Source: a virus
Lineage: Duplodnaviria > Caudoviricetes
Reading direction: 5' to 3' (one strand)
Virus record (IMG/VR): IMGVR_UViG_3300035665_000031
Coordinates: 1-62,421 of that record
Length of the DNA stretch: 62,421 bases
In this document: piece by piece, positions 19,153 to 29,307 of the stretch
Position numbering within the stretch: the first letter of the stretch is position 1
Layout of the letters: each line of letters starts with the position of its first letter
Program-made: the position numbers and the translations under genes
The notes under the pieces: generated by a model
Seen by the model: the letters and a program-made list of their open reading frames with translations, nothing else
What the model was told of the DNA's origin: nothing
Databases searched by the model: none

Positions 19153-20169
19153 TTATATCTTATTTGTGCTGTATCTTTTATTTTTAATTTCATCATATGA
19201 TAATCCATTCATTTCAGCTAGGATAGCTAAGCCAATCAACTTATATAAGCTAAACACAGTAGTGTTTTTAGAAAACAAATAATTGGCATCGGTAGAGTGA
19301 GTATAAATGGAATCTGATACAATTATTTCGCTTATACTTTTCTTATTTAGTTTATTAAAAACATCCCCAGAAAAAACAGCGTGACTACCAATAACGATAA
19401 CTGATGATGCCCCCATTTCCATCATTAAATCAGAAGCTAATCCTATTGTACCACCAGTATCAATAATATCGTCAATAATAATAACCCGTTTATCTTTGAC
19501 ATCACCAATAAGTGTCATCTTATCTATTTGATTTGGGCCACTTCTTTCCTTATCAACTGTAACGTAAGATAAATTAATATCATGATATTTGGATAAATAA
19601 TCTCTCATTTGTTTAACCCTCTTTGAACCACCAGCGTCTGGTGTTGCAAGGATTGTATTAATATTATCATGCTTGATTAACTTGGCTATATAATCACCAA
19701 ATAAATTCTTCCCTTCAATATGGGTGATTGGAATATCGACAAACCCCTCCAATTGTTGAGCATGTAAGTCGAATAATATCATGTCTGTTGCACCCAAATT
19801 TTCAATTATCTTAAGGATTACCTTGGAACCAATTGGACCTCGTTTATCATCCTTCTTATCTTGCCTAGAAAATGGCATATAAGGCATTACAACAATAATC
19901 TTTTCGGCATTTGCTCTAACACAAGCATCAATTGAAAAATACAACCTATGTAGCTTCTCAGAATCATTTGGGGTGGTCAATAAGAATACTCTTTTGCCTC
20001 TAACTGATGAGGTAAAGTCAACACTAAATTCTTTGTCTGAATAATGTGGTGATTTCATTTCACCAAATTGTAAATTTGCGAATTCATTGGTTCGTAAATA
20101 ATTTAATATTGAGTCAACAAACCCATCTTTTTTGTTTCTATTTTCTAAGTCGAAAATGATTGATTCCAT
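19153..20169 (-). CDS. prs: Ribose-phosphate pyrophosphokinase family protein
   Basis: PYMPFSRQDK, DLHAQQ, PDAGG, IIDDIIDTGGT. Confidence 0.9.
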   Translation of the reverse strand: MESIIFDLENRNKKDGFVDSILNYLRTNEFANLQFGEMKSPHYSDKEFSVDFTSSVRGKRVFLLTTPNDSEKLHRLYFSIDACVRANAEKIIVVMPYMPFSRQDKKDDKRGPIGSKVILKIIENLGATDMILFDLHAQQLEGFVDIPITHIEGKNLFGDYIAKLIKHDNINTILATPDAGGSKRVKQMRDYLSKYHDINLSYVTVDKERSGPNQIDKMTLIGDVKDKRVIIIDDIIDTGGTIGLASDLMMEMGASSVIVIGSHAVFSGDVFNKLNKKSISEIIVSDSIYTHSTDANYLFSKNTTVFSLYKLIGLAILAEMNGLSYDEIKNKRYSTNKI

Positions 20170-20216
20170 GATTATTTATTTAAAAATTTTAGTGTAACAA
20201 ATATAGTGAATTTAAA

Positions 20217-20663
20217 TCATTTTACCAAATATTTTGATATATCAGTGTATAAAGCTAACTGTTTTAACCCAGAACTTGATATGTGTTGAAACTCAGGTTC
20301 ACAAAATATCGATATCAGTTGAATATTCGGTAAGAAATCTCTTAGGTATTGATATTGAGTGATTTCATATTGTAAATCAGTTGTGTTTCTTAATCCACGA
20401 ATGATTGTTACATTATCATCCGCTTCAAAATAATCTGTGATGAATTCAGTTAGTAACCCATTATATTCAGCATATGTATAATCACGTTTTATTAACGCTG
20501 GAATTTCATATGTTGGTGAATCTTTTTGTGGGTTCTTACCTCTGGCGATAACAACCTTATCGAATATCCTTGAAGCTTTTTTGATTACATCATAATGACC
20601 GATATGCATTGGTGAAAATGAGCCAGGGTATACACCAATCTTAAGATTTCCACTCATAGTCAT
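20217..20663 (-). CDS. coaD: Phosphopantetheine adenylyltransferase-like HIGH nucleotidyltransferase
   Basis: YPGSFSPMHIGH, IIRGLR, HISSS. Confidence 0.8.
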   Translation of the reverse strand: MTMSGNLKIGVYPGSFSPMHIGHYDVIKKASRIFDKVVIARGKNPQKDSPTYEIPALIKRDYTYAEYNGLLTEFITDYFEADDNVTIIRGLRNTTDLQYEITQYQYLRDFLPNIQLISIFCEPEFQHISSSGLKQLALYTDISKYLVK

Positions 20664-20985
20664 GAAATCTTTTATAGAAGCTACCGACCTTGAATTGCTG
20701 AAACTGGATACATATTTCTAATGCTTTAGGTAGTTCTTTAAAAAGCTTATCAAACCTTTCAACTTCTTCATCAGTATATGTTATTAGTTCAAAATCATTA
20801 TCTGATTTAGTTCTTGTTGCATTTAATATTAAATCCATTCCATCATATAATGAATTTTCACCAAATGAAATCCTGGATACATCCAAGTCATCCGTTGATA
20901 CAATCAAATATTCATCAGTTGTAAATCTAAGGTGCTTAAGTAAATTAAGGTGTTCCTGTGTTAGTTCAAATCTCTCTATCCCCAT
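20641..20985 (-). CDS. Hypothetical protein
   Basis: ORF track, operonic. Confidence 0.7.
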   Translation of the reverse strand: MGIERFELTQEHLNLLKHLRFTTDEYLIVSTDDLDVSRISFGENSLYDGMDLILNATRTKSDNDFELITYTDEEVERFDKLFKELPKALEICIQFQQFKVGSFYKRFHDYEWKS

Positions 20986-21289
20986 TCTTTTTATTTTTAT
21001 ATTTGATTAGTTTCATAAACGTATCTTGGTCCTTCCACATCAATTTCTCCAACACAACCTTATTAAGCCATGCGTTATCCTCATCAATTTTATCTAAAAT
21101 CTTAGTGTTATTCTCCTTTAAGATTACACCAATAACATCAGAGATTGATATTTCATTCTTTAGGATTTCAATTACAATCTTAACCAGTTCCTGATGTGAT
21201 AATAGAATGGCCTCATCTTTTGATTTGAGTAAATAATTTTTAAAACGTTTCTCATCATTAAAAACATTTACATTTGGTATATGAGCCAT
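20966..21289 (-). CDS. Hypothetical protein
   Basis: ORF track, operonic. Confidence 0.7.
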   Translation of the reverse strand: MAHIPNVNVFNDEKRFKNYLLKSKDEAILLSHQELVKIVIEILKNEISISDVIGVILKENNTKILDKIDEDNAWLNKVVLEKLMWKDQDTFMKLIKYKNKKNGDREI

Positions 21290-21805
21290 TTAACAACTAA
21301 TTGGATGATTTTCGTTATCTATATCCTTGTAAAGCGCATAAGAAACCTTTGGATTGTAATCCAATACTACAACATCTTCACCAGCTAATTCTTTTTCTAT
21401 GATATTTCTAATAATATTAGGGTCTCCCACAGCAAGTCCACTTCCTAGTTTCGGTAGTCCAAATCTTTTGCCTGAGAACATTTCTTTAGCGATTCTCAAG
21501 GCTGAAGTCAAGGCTTTGTAATCCAAGTCAACTCTACCGACAGCTTGACCACCATAAGTGTATTGCCCATAAGCATTAACAATGGTTGGTGTTGTGTTTT
21601 TGGTGTATGTGATACCACCTAACTTAAGTCTATCACCAGTTTTGGTTTCCAAGTCAACTTGGTAGGCTTCTGGGTATTTTTCTTTGATGGATTTTGCTAT
21701 ACCACTACCCATTCTACAAAAACAATTTGCACAATGAATTATCACATCAAAATTATTTGCATCACGTAGCAAATCACCAACACCATATTTTATTGTTGTT
21801 TTCAT
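21290..21805 (-). CDS. Macrodomain (ADP-ribose processing) protein
   Basis: GDLL, HCANCFCRMGSGIA, PKLGSGLA. Confidence 0.88.
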   Translation of the reverse strand: MKTTIKYGVGDLLRDANNFDVIIHCANCFCRMGSGIAKSIKEKYPEAYQVDLETKTGDRLKLGGITYTKNTTPTIVNAYGQYTYGGQAVGRVDLDYKALTSALRIAKEMFSGKRFGLPKLGSGLAVGDPNIIRNIIEKELAGEDVVVLDYNPKVSYALYKDIDNENHPISC

Positions 21806-21817
21806 TTTACAAATATA

Positions 21818-22309
21818 CTATTTATTTTTCATTTGTTCGTTACGAATACGTTCTCTTACACGCATTATTGCAATACCAAGCCAGTTTGTTCCTTGCCATT
21901 TACTTTTATCAAGAACATATGGGTTTGTTTCATGTAAACCAATACCCCATATTTTATCTTCTGGACTAGCTTCCACAATTTCTCTATCACCAGAAGCAAG
22001 TAATTCTTCTTTCATCTTGGGGTTTTGTGTGAATTTAGCATAGTTACCATCAGTAACAATATCTATACAATATTTTTCCCACTTTTCTTTATTAAACCCT
22101 ATGACTGTTTTACCAATAGCTTTTTGTGTTGCTGGTTCTTCCTCCAACATTATTTCTCGGTAAGCATCAAAATCATTGAACATAAGAGCTTTTTTAGCCA
22201 TCATGTATTGTTCCGTGCAATTATATTCAACCCCATCGATTATAAAAAATGAGGGACACCATTGGGACATCGTACCGCCCCAGAAAAAAACATAGTTATC
22301 TGTTATCAT
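21818..22309 (-). CDS. NADAR (YbiA-like) family protein
   Basis: TEQYMMAKKA, KFTQN, VEASPEDKIWGIG, GTNWLG. Confidence 0.92.
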   Translation of the reverse strand: MITDNYVFFWGGTMSQWCPSFFIIDGVEYNCTEQYMMAKKALMFNDFDAYREIMLEEEPATQKAIGKTVIGFNKEKWEKYCIDIVTDGNYAKFTQNPKMKEELLASGDREIVEASPEDKIWGIGLHETNPYVLDKSKWQGTNWLGIAIMRVRERIRNEQMKNK

Positions 22310-22560
22310 TATTCTATTGTATATTCAGTTATTTTTGTTATTGGTTTTGGTGATACAACACAACCTTTTATAATCAATACACCATCACCCCAATAGTTCG
22401 TATCATTTTCTTTTGGTAATTTATCAAAAACTTCACGACCAGCCCCATAATACCCATCATTTATGCGTATTAAAAGTTCTTCTTTATTTATGGCTTCAAC
22501 ATTTGTGTCACCATCTGAATTTGTTATTACAAAGTAAGTTTCCATATTAGTTGTTTTCAT
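22309..22560 (-). CDS. Hypothetical protein
   Basis: ORF track, translationally coupled. Confidence 0.7.
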   Translation of the reverse strand: MKTTNMETYFVITNSDGDTNVEAINKEELLIRINDGYYGAGREVFDKLPKENDTNYWGDGVLIIKGCVVSPKPITKITEYTIE

Positions 22561-24188
22561 TAGTAGTTATTTAAATCTTTACTGGGTGCGTACTTCTTAA
22601 GTAGATTACGTCTTTCAGTTATAATTGCTTGTGATGCTGGATAATTATGATTTGTGTCACTATATAAATTCAGTGGCATATTATCCATCTGTTCTCTAAT
22701 ACGTGCCCTAATGGTAGGGAAATCATCATCCTGAGCAATACCAAATGGCTTATTTATACGCAAACCATTAAAGTATTCAACCAAGGCATTTGGGCCAACT
22801 TCATAATCAAAAATAATTGTTCTTTTTGATTCTAAGGCTTCTGGTGTTCTGAGTAGTTTAAAAGGACCACATAAGGTTGTCTTGCCAAGTGTTTCTGAAA
22901 ACTTAACAACACCTTGATGGTCATAACCCATAGCATTCAATGCATATTTGGCTGAAATCATATCTCTACTCAATCCATTTCTTAACCCACCACCTGAACC
23001 AAACAACCCCCAAGCATAAAATGCAAAGTCTTCAGCAATCAATGCATCCATAATTTCAAGCATAACATCAAATGTCATTCCATCACCTTCAATAAATCTA
23101 AGTGATGTTGGAAACTTCCAAGTCTTTCCATCAATTTTTTGATATGATACTAACCCAGCTTTTACTGCTTCTCTAACAATAAACATAACTTCTTCCAATG
23201 GGTTTCCAGAATCTGGTCTAGCTACAACTATCTTTCCATTGGCTTCTTTTATTGAACGTAGGGCTAATGGAATTAAATGTTTAATTACAGCATTCTTGGA
23301 ATCGTAACAATCATCAACCATTGATAGTATTGAATCATCTGGCGATTCGTTATAAAGTGTTTCATAACAATCACCTTCAAACTCATATGATTGAACGTTA
23401 CGGTGAGCTAAGGCGTAAACGGATGCTGCGACAAATGTTTCACCAGCATTTTTCCATGCTTGATATGCACCTGATGTTGTATCAGTATTTGGGAAAGTAT
23501 ATAAATGAACCATTCCAAGTTCTTCGGATTCTTGTTCGGTCATACCAGCCCTATCCCCAAAATCGGTAAGAATCAACGAAGCTGATAAATTTAAATCTTC
23601 ATCACTTATATTTGGGTTAACTAGTTTTATTTTTTCCTTTACCTTTTTATAAAAATGTTCATTCTGAGTAACCCTAGCTGAAGTTGACCAAACTTGCAAT
23701 AGTTTTGATTCGAACCAAGCGGATAATTCACCCTTATGTTTTGATTGAGACCAGATTTGTAGGGCTGGTTCATTTGGATAAACAACACTTCCTTCTGGAA
23801 GTCCTTCAATAAGAATTGGTGGTCTACCATTAAAATGGTCTACAACATCTCTCCACATTTGTTCATCAAACTCATACCTGGCTAACCCTTTGTTTGTTGC
23901 TCTAAAATTAGCTAAGAACCTTTTGGTTTCATCAATTTCCTCATGTGTAATTGGGTCATAGAATAACCTTTCTAATATTCGTTGAATACCAGTAAAAATA
24001 ATTCTATGGTCATCAGCATCATATAACTTAGGGTTTACTGAATGTAGTATACGTCTAAATGTAACGTAATAAACTGATTTATCTTTGGCTAATGTACTTT
24101 GAAATTGACCACTACCTATTGTATAGGCATCAACCAACAATCGTGGTGTCTTAAAAATTTTTCTTTTGGGTAATATTACTTCTGACAT
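22560..24188 (-). CDS. Nicotinamide phosphoribosyltransferase family protein
   Basis: DAY, LPEGS, DFGDR, RPDSG, IEGDG, FGSGGGL motifs. Confidence 0.88.
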   Translation of the reverse strand: MSEVILPKRKIFKTPRLLVDAYTIGSGQFQSTLAKDKSVYYVTFRRILHSVNPKLYDADDHRIIFTGIQRILERLFYDPITHEEIDETKRFLANFRATNKGLARYEFDEQMWRDVVDHFNGRPPILIEGLPEGSVVYPNEPALQIWSQSKHKGELSAWFESKLLQVWSTSARVTQNEHFYKKVKEKIKLVNPNISDEDLNLSASLILTDFGDRAGMTEQESEELGMVHLYTFPNTDTTSGAYQAWKNAGETFVAASVYALAHRNVQSYEFEGDCYETLYNESPDDSILSMVDDCYDSKNAVIKHLIPLALRSIKEANGKIVVARPDSGNPLEEVMFIVREAVKAGLVSYQKIDGKTWKFPTSLRFIEGDGMTFDVMLEIMDALIAEDFAFYAWGLFGSGGGLRNGLSRDMISAKYALNAMGYDHQGVVKFSETLGKTTLCGPFKLLRTPEALESKRTIIFDYEVGPNALVEYFNGLRINKPFGIAQDDDFPTIRARIREQMDNMPLNLYSDTNHNYPASQAIITERRNLLKKYAPSKDLNNY

Positions 24189-24212
24189 GTTTATGTTTTT
24201 TTTACAAATATA

Positions 24213-24569
24213 CTAAAATTTTGGGACAATAATTTCTGGACCTACTTTTTCTACTTCATCCATATAAAAACCATTTGATGAGGAATCACCAATCCCACCT
24301 GGAAGAAAACATTCTTGACCTACTTCATAAGAAGAAAATGAATCTGGCCCCATATACCAACAAGGTATTGGGGTTTTATATCCTTCAAGTAAAACCCAAT
24401 ACCATCCACTTTTAGTTGGTGGTTGTTGTTTATCTAAAGACAAACTAACTAAGATTGATACGGCTGCTTCATGTGAAGCAAAACTACCATTCTCATGTCT
24501 AATTTCAAATGGTGATTCACATTCAACAGTCCAACCATTTTTTTTTAATAATTTAATGTCAATTTTCAT
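24213..24569 (-). CDS. Hypothetical protein
   Basis: ORF track. Confidence 0.7.
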   Translation of the reverse strand: MKIDIKLLKKNGWTVECESPFEIRHENGSFASHEAAVSILVSLSLDKQQPPTKSGWYWVLLEGYKTPIPCWYMGPDSFSSYEVGQECFLPGGIGDSSSNGFYMDEVEKVGPEIIVPKF

Positions 24570-24578
24570 AGTTTTTAT

Positions 24579-24791
24579 TTATTGCTTCGGAAATAATTCT
24601 CTTCGATAATCTTCTTGTTGGAGAAATTCTTGAATTGAATACATGCCAGGTGTTTCGTTAACCATAATTTCGAATCTAGTTAATATCAAAGTTAACTCAC
24701 TAAATGTTAGTGGTCTAGTTAATTTGTTTTCATAACTAACAGCAATTTTTTTCGATATTTCATCTAATTTATTCATCTTTTTCATTATCAA
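24579..24791 (-). CDS. Hypothetical protein
   Basis: ORF track. Confidence 0.6.
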   Translation of the reverse strand: MIMKKMNKLDEISKKIAVSYENKLTRPLTFSELTLILTRFEIMVNETPGMYSIQEFLQQEDYRRELFPKQ

Positions 24792-24972
24792 AATTTAAAT
24801 TTGGTGTTAATTTGTTTTGAATTTGTGGTGGTTCATTTGGTTCTTGTTTTTTAGGTTGCTTAAGCATAAATGGTTTGTTCTCAGCAATCCATTTATAATA
24901 ACTTGGGTCTTTTTCTTTTACCCAATCTATCTCTTTCCCAGCATATTTTCCACTCTTAAAAACTACACCCAT
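24769..24972 (-). CDS. Hypothetical protein
   Basis: FKSGKYAGK...DPSYYKW pattern. Confidence 0.6.
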   Translation of the reverse strand: MGVVFKSGKYAGKEIDWVKEKDPSYYKWIAENKPFMLKQPKKQEPNEPPQIQNKLTPNLNFDNEKDE

Positions 24973-25093
24973 ATATTAAAGAATTTTACACTCAGTAGAA
25001 TATTTATCCAACTATTTTCGAAAACACATAATTTAAGTATTTGATTTATTGGTTATTATGATGATGAAATACATATAGTAGTTACAGGTAATA

Positions 25094-25438
25094 CTACTTC
25101 CCACTAATAGCAGATAGGTTATCCGAATAAGAATATTGTATATCATCTTTTTCGACAACATCTTTCATTAATTGACCTAAGTCTTCACCCTTGGCTGAAA
25201 AGTATAAAAAAGCAGTTGAAAGCATACCGACAAAACTTTCTTTACTTAGCCAAATTGTTGCTTGTGTATTCCTTCCACTTGACTGTGGGTTTTCCACTAC
25301 TGCAACCAAACTACCATCTTCAATTTGACTAATACTAATCAATCTGTGGTCTTTATATTCTGCTTGAACAAAATCTACTATTTCTAATTCTCTTTGCTCA
25401 GTAGTTCCGTAACCCACTGTTATTTTACCTCTTGACAT
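25094..25438 (-). CDS. Hypothetical protein
   Basis: ORF track. Confidence 0.7.
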   Translation of the reverse strand: MSRGKITVGYGTTEQRELEIVDFVQAEYKDHRLISISQIEDGSLVAVVENPQSSGRNTQATIWLSKESFVGMLSTAFLYFSAKGEDLGQLMKDVVEKDDIQYSYSDNLSAISGK

Positions 25439-25458
25439 ATTTTCATTTTTAAAATTTC

Positions 25459-25842
25459 TTATCGTATCATTATAAATTCACTTAGTGAAAAATCAATTGG
25501 GTCAATAAACATTATTGATATTGAATTTTTCAATGCGAAATCAATTTCACTAAGAACACCTATAGACTTGTCCCAACCATCCAATCTAACAATGTACATC
25601 ATGTCTGATTTCTTAAGTAATGTTAAACAAAATAATTCCCAATAAGTGAAATCATCATTTATCAACCAATGTTTATCAATTAACATACAACCATAAGCTA
25701 TTGGTGATATGGCGCAAAACCCATTCTTAATCAAATGAGAACAAACTTTCTCATTGATTTGTTTTCTGTATTCCTTAATAGATTCATCATCATGTGTGAA
25801 TGGTGATGCAACATATATTATACTACCACTGTCTAGTAACAT
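25459..25842 (-). CDS. DUF1937 / nucleoside deoxyribosyltransferase-like protein
   Basis: IYVASPFT, GWDKSIGVLSEIDFA. Confidence 0.75.
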   Translation of the reverse strand: MLLDSGSIIYVASPFTHDDESIKEYRKQINEKVCSHLIKNGFCAISPIAYGCMLIDKHWLINDDFTYWELFCLTLLKKSDMMYIVRLDGWDKSIGVLSEIDFALKNSISIMFIDPIDFSLSEFIMIR

Positions 25843-26026
25843 CTTTAAAGAGATTTAAATTTTGTGTAATCCAACCGTATATATAACCTTGCATATCAGG
25901 TGGCAACATAAACCCACCCATGTAGACAACATCTCTTACAATGGTAAATTCAGCTCCTTTTTTGAATTGCAAATTATATTTCAATTCAACATCATTTTTT
26001 AATTCTAGTACTTGGCTAACAATCAT
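25823..26026 (-). CDS. Hypothetical protein
   Basis: ORF track. Confidence 0.65.
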   Translation of the reverse strand: MIVSQVLELKNDVELKYNLQFKKGAEFTIVRDVVYMGGFMLPPDMQGYIYGWITQNLNLFKDVTRQW

Positions 26027-26047
26027 ATTAATTTTTCAACAAATATA

Positions 26048-26365
26048 CTACTTTTTATTTTCTATTTGAACCAATAAGGAATCTATCTTAGATTTATTAA
26101 CTAAACATTGTTTAGCTAAGCTAATCACTATATTCTTAATCTCTGGTTTTTCATCTAATCTTAATATAACTTGTGCCAAATTATAAATGGGAGTTAATTG
26201 ATTTCTTAGTTGAGCCTCTGGGGTTTCCTCTTGTCTTTTATCATCAACCAAATGAAACTCAACCCCACCGCAATGAATACATGCGTGAAGTTCCAATTCA
26301 ATTTCTGGAATAGAATCAGTGAAATTTGCAAAATCACATTCGTTACAAACCCAATTTTTGTTCAT
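26048..26365 (-). CDS. Zn-ribbon hypothetical protein
   Basis: CNEC...CIHC. Confidence 0.65.
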   Translation of the reverse strand: MNKNWVCNECDFANFTDSIPEIELELHACIHCGGVEFHLVDDKRQEETPEAQLRNQLTPIYNLAQVILRLDEKPEIKNIVISLAKQCLVNKSKIDSLLVQIENKK

Positions 26366-26369
26366 ATGC

Positions 26370-27191
26370 TTAAGAATTTCTCATTACTGAAGTTATATCT
26401 TTTACCAATTCCAAGTGTTGGTCACCATAAGGTTGCCAAGCTAACCCAAGTGTTTTCAAATCATATGATTTAACTATGGTACTATATGTTGTAACACCTT
26501 CTGGATGTCCTATCACATGGATTGAGTCAGCTAACTCAACTGCTAAGTGTAAATCGTGAGTTGAAAAGATAATTGTATTCATTTCATGTGCGGCCTGGTA
26601 TTTTTTGATTGCTTCCTTCAATTTCTCAATGGAAATAACATCTAATGATGCCGCTGGTTCATCAAATATCATAAAATGCTTATTTGATAAGATATTTTCT
26701 AGAATAGCCAAACGTTGCCTTTGTCCACCACTAAGGTCACATGAAAATTTATCTTTATGCTCCAATAACCCCCATTCAGATAAATAACCATCTATAATGG
26801 TCTTTTTTTCTTGTTTTGAAGCATTATTACCCCTTAAGGCATACTCACACATAGAATAAACTGATTTGTGTCTAAAAAGCGTGTATTTTTGACTCACTAG
26901 ACCAATATCACCAACATCAATTGGCTTAGCCACGTCATTATCGGTAATATTCAAATCTTTTATCAATATTGAACCTTGTGTTGGCTTAAGCAAACCAGTT
27001 AGTCCTTTGAATAGGGTTGATTTGCCTCTACCTGACCTACCCAATATTGCTATAATTTGACCAGTTGCTTCGAAATCATTTCTAACCACATTTCTTTCTG
27101 TGAAAGAAATTGATTTAAGGATGGGATTGTCTTTAGAGTAACCCAAATCAACATTTTGTAACTCTAAGAGTGTATTTGTTAAGCTGTACAT
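26370..27191 (-). CDS. ABC transporter ATPase (NitT/TauT-like)
   Basis: GRSGRGKST, LSGGQRQR, FDEP, STHD. Confidence 0.92.
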   Translation of the reverse strand: MYSLTNTLLELQNVDLGYSKDNPILKSISFTERNVVRNDFEATGQIIAILGRSGRGKSTLFKGLTGLLKPTQGSILIKDLNITDNDVAKPIDVGDIGLVSQKYTLFRHKSVYSMCEYALRGNNASKQEKKTIIDGYLSEWGLLEHKDKFSCDLSGGQRQRLAILENILSNKHFMIFDEPAASLDVISIEKLKEAIKKYQAAHEMNTIIFSTHDLHLAVELADSIHVIGHPEGVTTYSTIVKSYDLKTLGLAWQPYGDQHLELVKDITSVMRNS

Positions 27192-27193
27192 AA

Positions 27194-27958
27194 TTAAAAT
27201 TTTGAATAAGGAAATGATAATTTTCTTATTTGGGTTAATAACCAATCCAAAACAACACCTATGATAATAATTATGATTTGTACGGCAATTACTCTACCGT
27301 TGCTTCCAATTCTATCACCATTTTTTATCAAAAACCCAAGACCACCAGCTGAAATCAAAATTGATTCAACCGTGACAATTGACATCCAAACAATTGCTAA
27401 ATTTTGTCTTAAGCACTCAATAACATAATCTAATCTACCTACAATAATAACTTCATAAAGAGTCTCCCATTTGGTACAACCTTGTGTTCTAGCATGTTCA
27501 AATTCATCATCTGGAATATCTTTTATCATAGCTAATAATGATGTTATCAAAAAAGATGTCATAAATGCAACCAAGACCCATATCTGAATCATTCTAGCGT
27601 CAGTCACGAACATTGTTATGTAAAATGTTATTCCAGTAAGTGGTAAATACCTTAGCTTTGAAATAATGATTGATAGTGGTTTTAATTCACTTATTGGTGA
27701 CGAATACACTATCAGTAAAGAAATAATTAAAGATATAGCTATTGCTGAAAAACATAAAGTTAATGAGGATAGAATATGAACCACCAACCCATCACGCCAT
27801 AAATCACCAAAACCAGTAAAAACCTGGTTGATGCTTGGAAACATGTGGGTTGTGTTAAAAAGTGAATGTGACCCCCACAATAATAATAAAATAAAAACCC
27901 ATCCACCTAATATGAGTTGGTTTTGACTCTGGGTTAGTTTTGAAAAAGGTTTGAACAT
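27194..27958 (-). CDS. ABC transporter permease (NitT/TauT-like)
   Basis: Multiple TM helices, EHARTQG EAA-like loop, GGLGFLI. Confidence 0.88.
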   Translation of the reverse strand: MFKPFSKLTQSQNQLILGGWVFILLLLWGSHSLFNTTHMFPSINQVFTGFGDLWRDGLVVHILSSLTLCFSAIAISLIISLLIVYSSPISELKPLSIIISKLRYLPLTGITFYITMFVTDARMIQIWVLVAFMTSFLITSLLAMIKDIPDDEFEHARTQGCTKWETLYEVIIVGRLDYVIECLRQNLAIVWMSIVTVESILISAGGLGFLIKNGDRIGSNGRVIAVQIIIIIIGVVLDWLLTQIRKLSFPYSKF

Positions 27959-28026
27959 GAATTTTAATTATTTTTGAATCACAAAGATATGTAATAATTT
28001 ACAATAAACCAAATTTAATTTACTAA

Positions 28027-28092
28027 ATGTTGTATATGCGATATAAATTGTTGAATATACGATATAAAGTTGCGTCAATAAGTAAGTTATAT
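28027..28092 (+). mobile_element. attI-like site heading array 3
   Basis: atgttgtatatgcgatataaattgttgaatatacgata...aataagtaaGTTAT, matching 13424 and 36441. Confidence 0.75.
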
Positions 28093-28170
28093 ACAATGCT
28101 ACATTATCGCTTCGTATTAAGTTTCGTGGTTATATTCTTTTTGTTTTATTTTTTTTACCTAACACACTTT

Positions 28171-28647
28171 TTAAATTTTAGTTTCTTTATCAAGAAATTT
28201 TACATCATATTTTTTTGATAGTTTATTAAACAGTGGTTTTAATTTTAGAAATCCAGTTTCACTATATGATGATGTTTCAAATTGATAATCATTTTCAGAG
28301 AACCATCTAAAAATATAATCACTTAATTTAGAAGCATAACCCATATTTTCAAAATTATTTAATATTGATAAGTATGATAACCAATATGTATTTTCAATAT
28401 ATGGTGATTTTCTTATATGTGCGAGTCCCACCATCTTATCATCAATGTATAATACGAAAAAATATACATTATCAATACCGCTAAAATCAGAACTATTATC
28501 AAAGTATTTAAAACTATTAATTTCTTTTATTTTTTCATTATAAAATCTCAAAAATTCTCTACCCGTATAATGATTAATTTTATAATCTGTATTCTGTTCA
28601 TTCAAATATTCACGTATAGTTGTCTTTATAAATTTTCTTAATTTCAT
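28171..28647 (-). CDS. Cassette-borne GNAT acetyltransferase-like protein with EYLNE leader
   Basis: LSYLSILNNFENMGYASKL resembles GNAT motif A. Confidence 0.65.
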   Translation of the reverse strand: MKLRKFIKTTIREYLNEQNTDYKINHYTGREFLRFYNEKIKEINSFKYFDNSSDFSGIDNVYFFVLYIDDKMVGLAHIRKSPYIENTYWLSYLSILNNFENMGYASKLSDYIFRWFSENDYQFETSSYSETGFLKLKPLFNKLSKKYDVKFLDKETKI

Positions 28648-28866
28648 AATAATAAATAGTTGTTATTCTATATATAAATATTCAAATTTTAAATTCCCAC
28701 CCACAAAAATAAAACAAAAAGATTTCGTTCTTCGTAAGTAGTTTAGTGGTAAATTTCCGCACTGCATATAACAGCGTATATAAGAAATGGTACATAAACA
28801 TTTGTGTTAAATTCCAATATTCTACAAGTGCCACTTCTCATATACGCAAACCGTTAGGCGAAAGTG

Positions 28867-29217
28867 CTACGTTCCTCGTTCTACCCATCGTTCCAATTCT
28901 TCGAGTGTTAAATTTCCAAATGTTGTTATTTGGCTTTCTGTATATGGTTCATCCCAATACTCAATCAACTTACCTTCTTTTGTTGTAAAAGATTGCCATA
29001 TCTTAAATTCTCTTTGTGTCCAATTTTTTACTTTATCTGCCGTTTCAGTTCTGATGCTTAATCCTATTCTGTGGTCAGAAAAGCCAAAATAATGCTTTCC
29101 GTTTAACACTCTATGTAAGTGCCAATAACCAAATAGCGATACTAAATTAACCGCACCTTCGCCTAACAGCACATTGCCAAAAGTGGGGTTTTCGTTTTTC
29201 AAATCAACATTTTCCAT
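28867..29217 (-). CDS. Cassette-borne hypothetical protein, start inside attC loop
   Basis: PTFGNVLLGEG encoded by hairpin arm. Confidence 0.7.
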   Translation of the reverse strand: MENVDLKNENPTFGNVLLGEGAVNLVSLFGYWHLHRVLNGKHYFGFSDHRIGLSIRTETADKVKNWTQREFKIWQSFTTKEGKLIEYWDEPYTESQITTFGNLTLEELERWVERGT

Positions 29218-29307
29218 ATTATCAAATTTTGTATTTCAATTAAAGTTTAGTGGTTCAATGCCCCACCTTCGGCAATCTGCAAAACGTTATAAGTAATAAA
29301 ACAAAAA

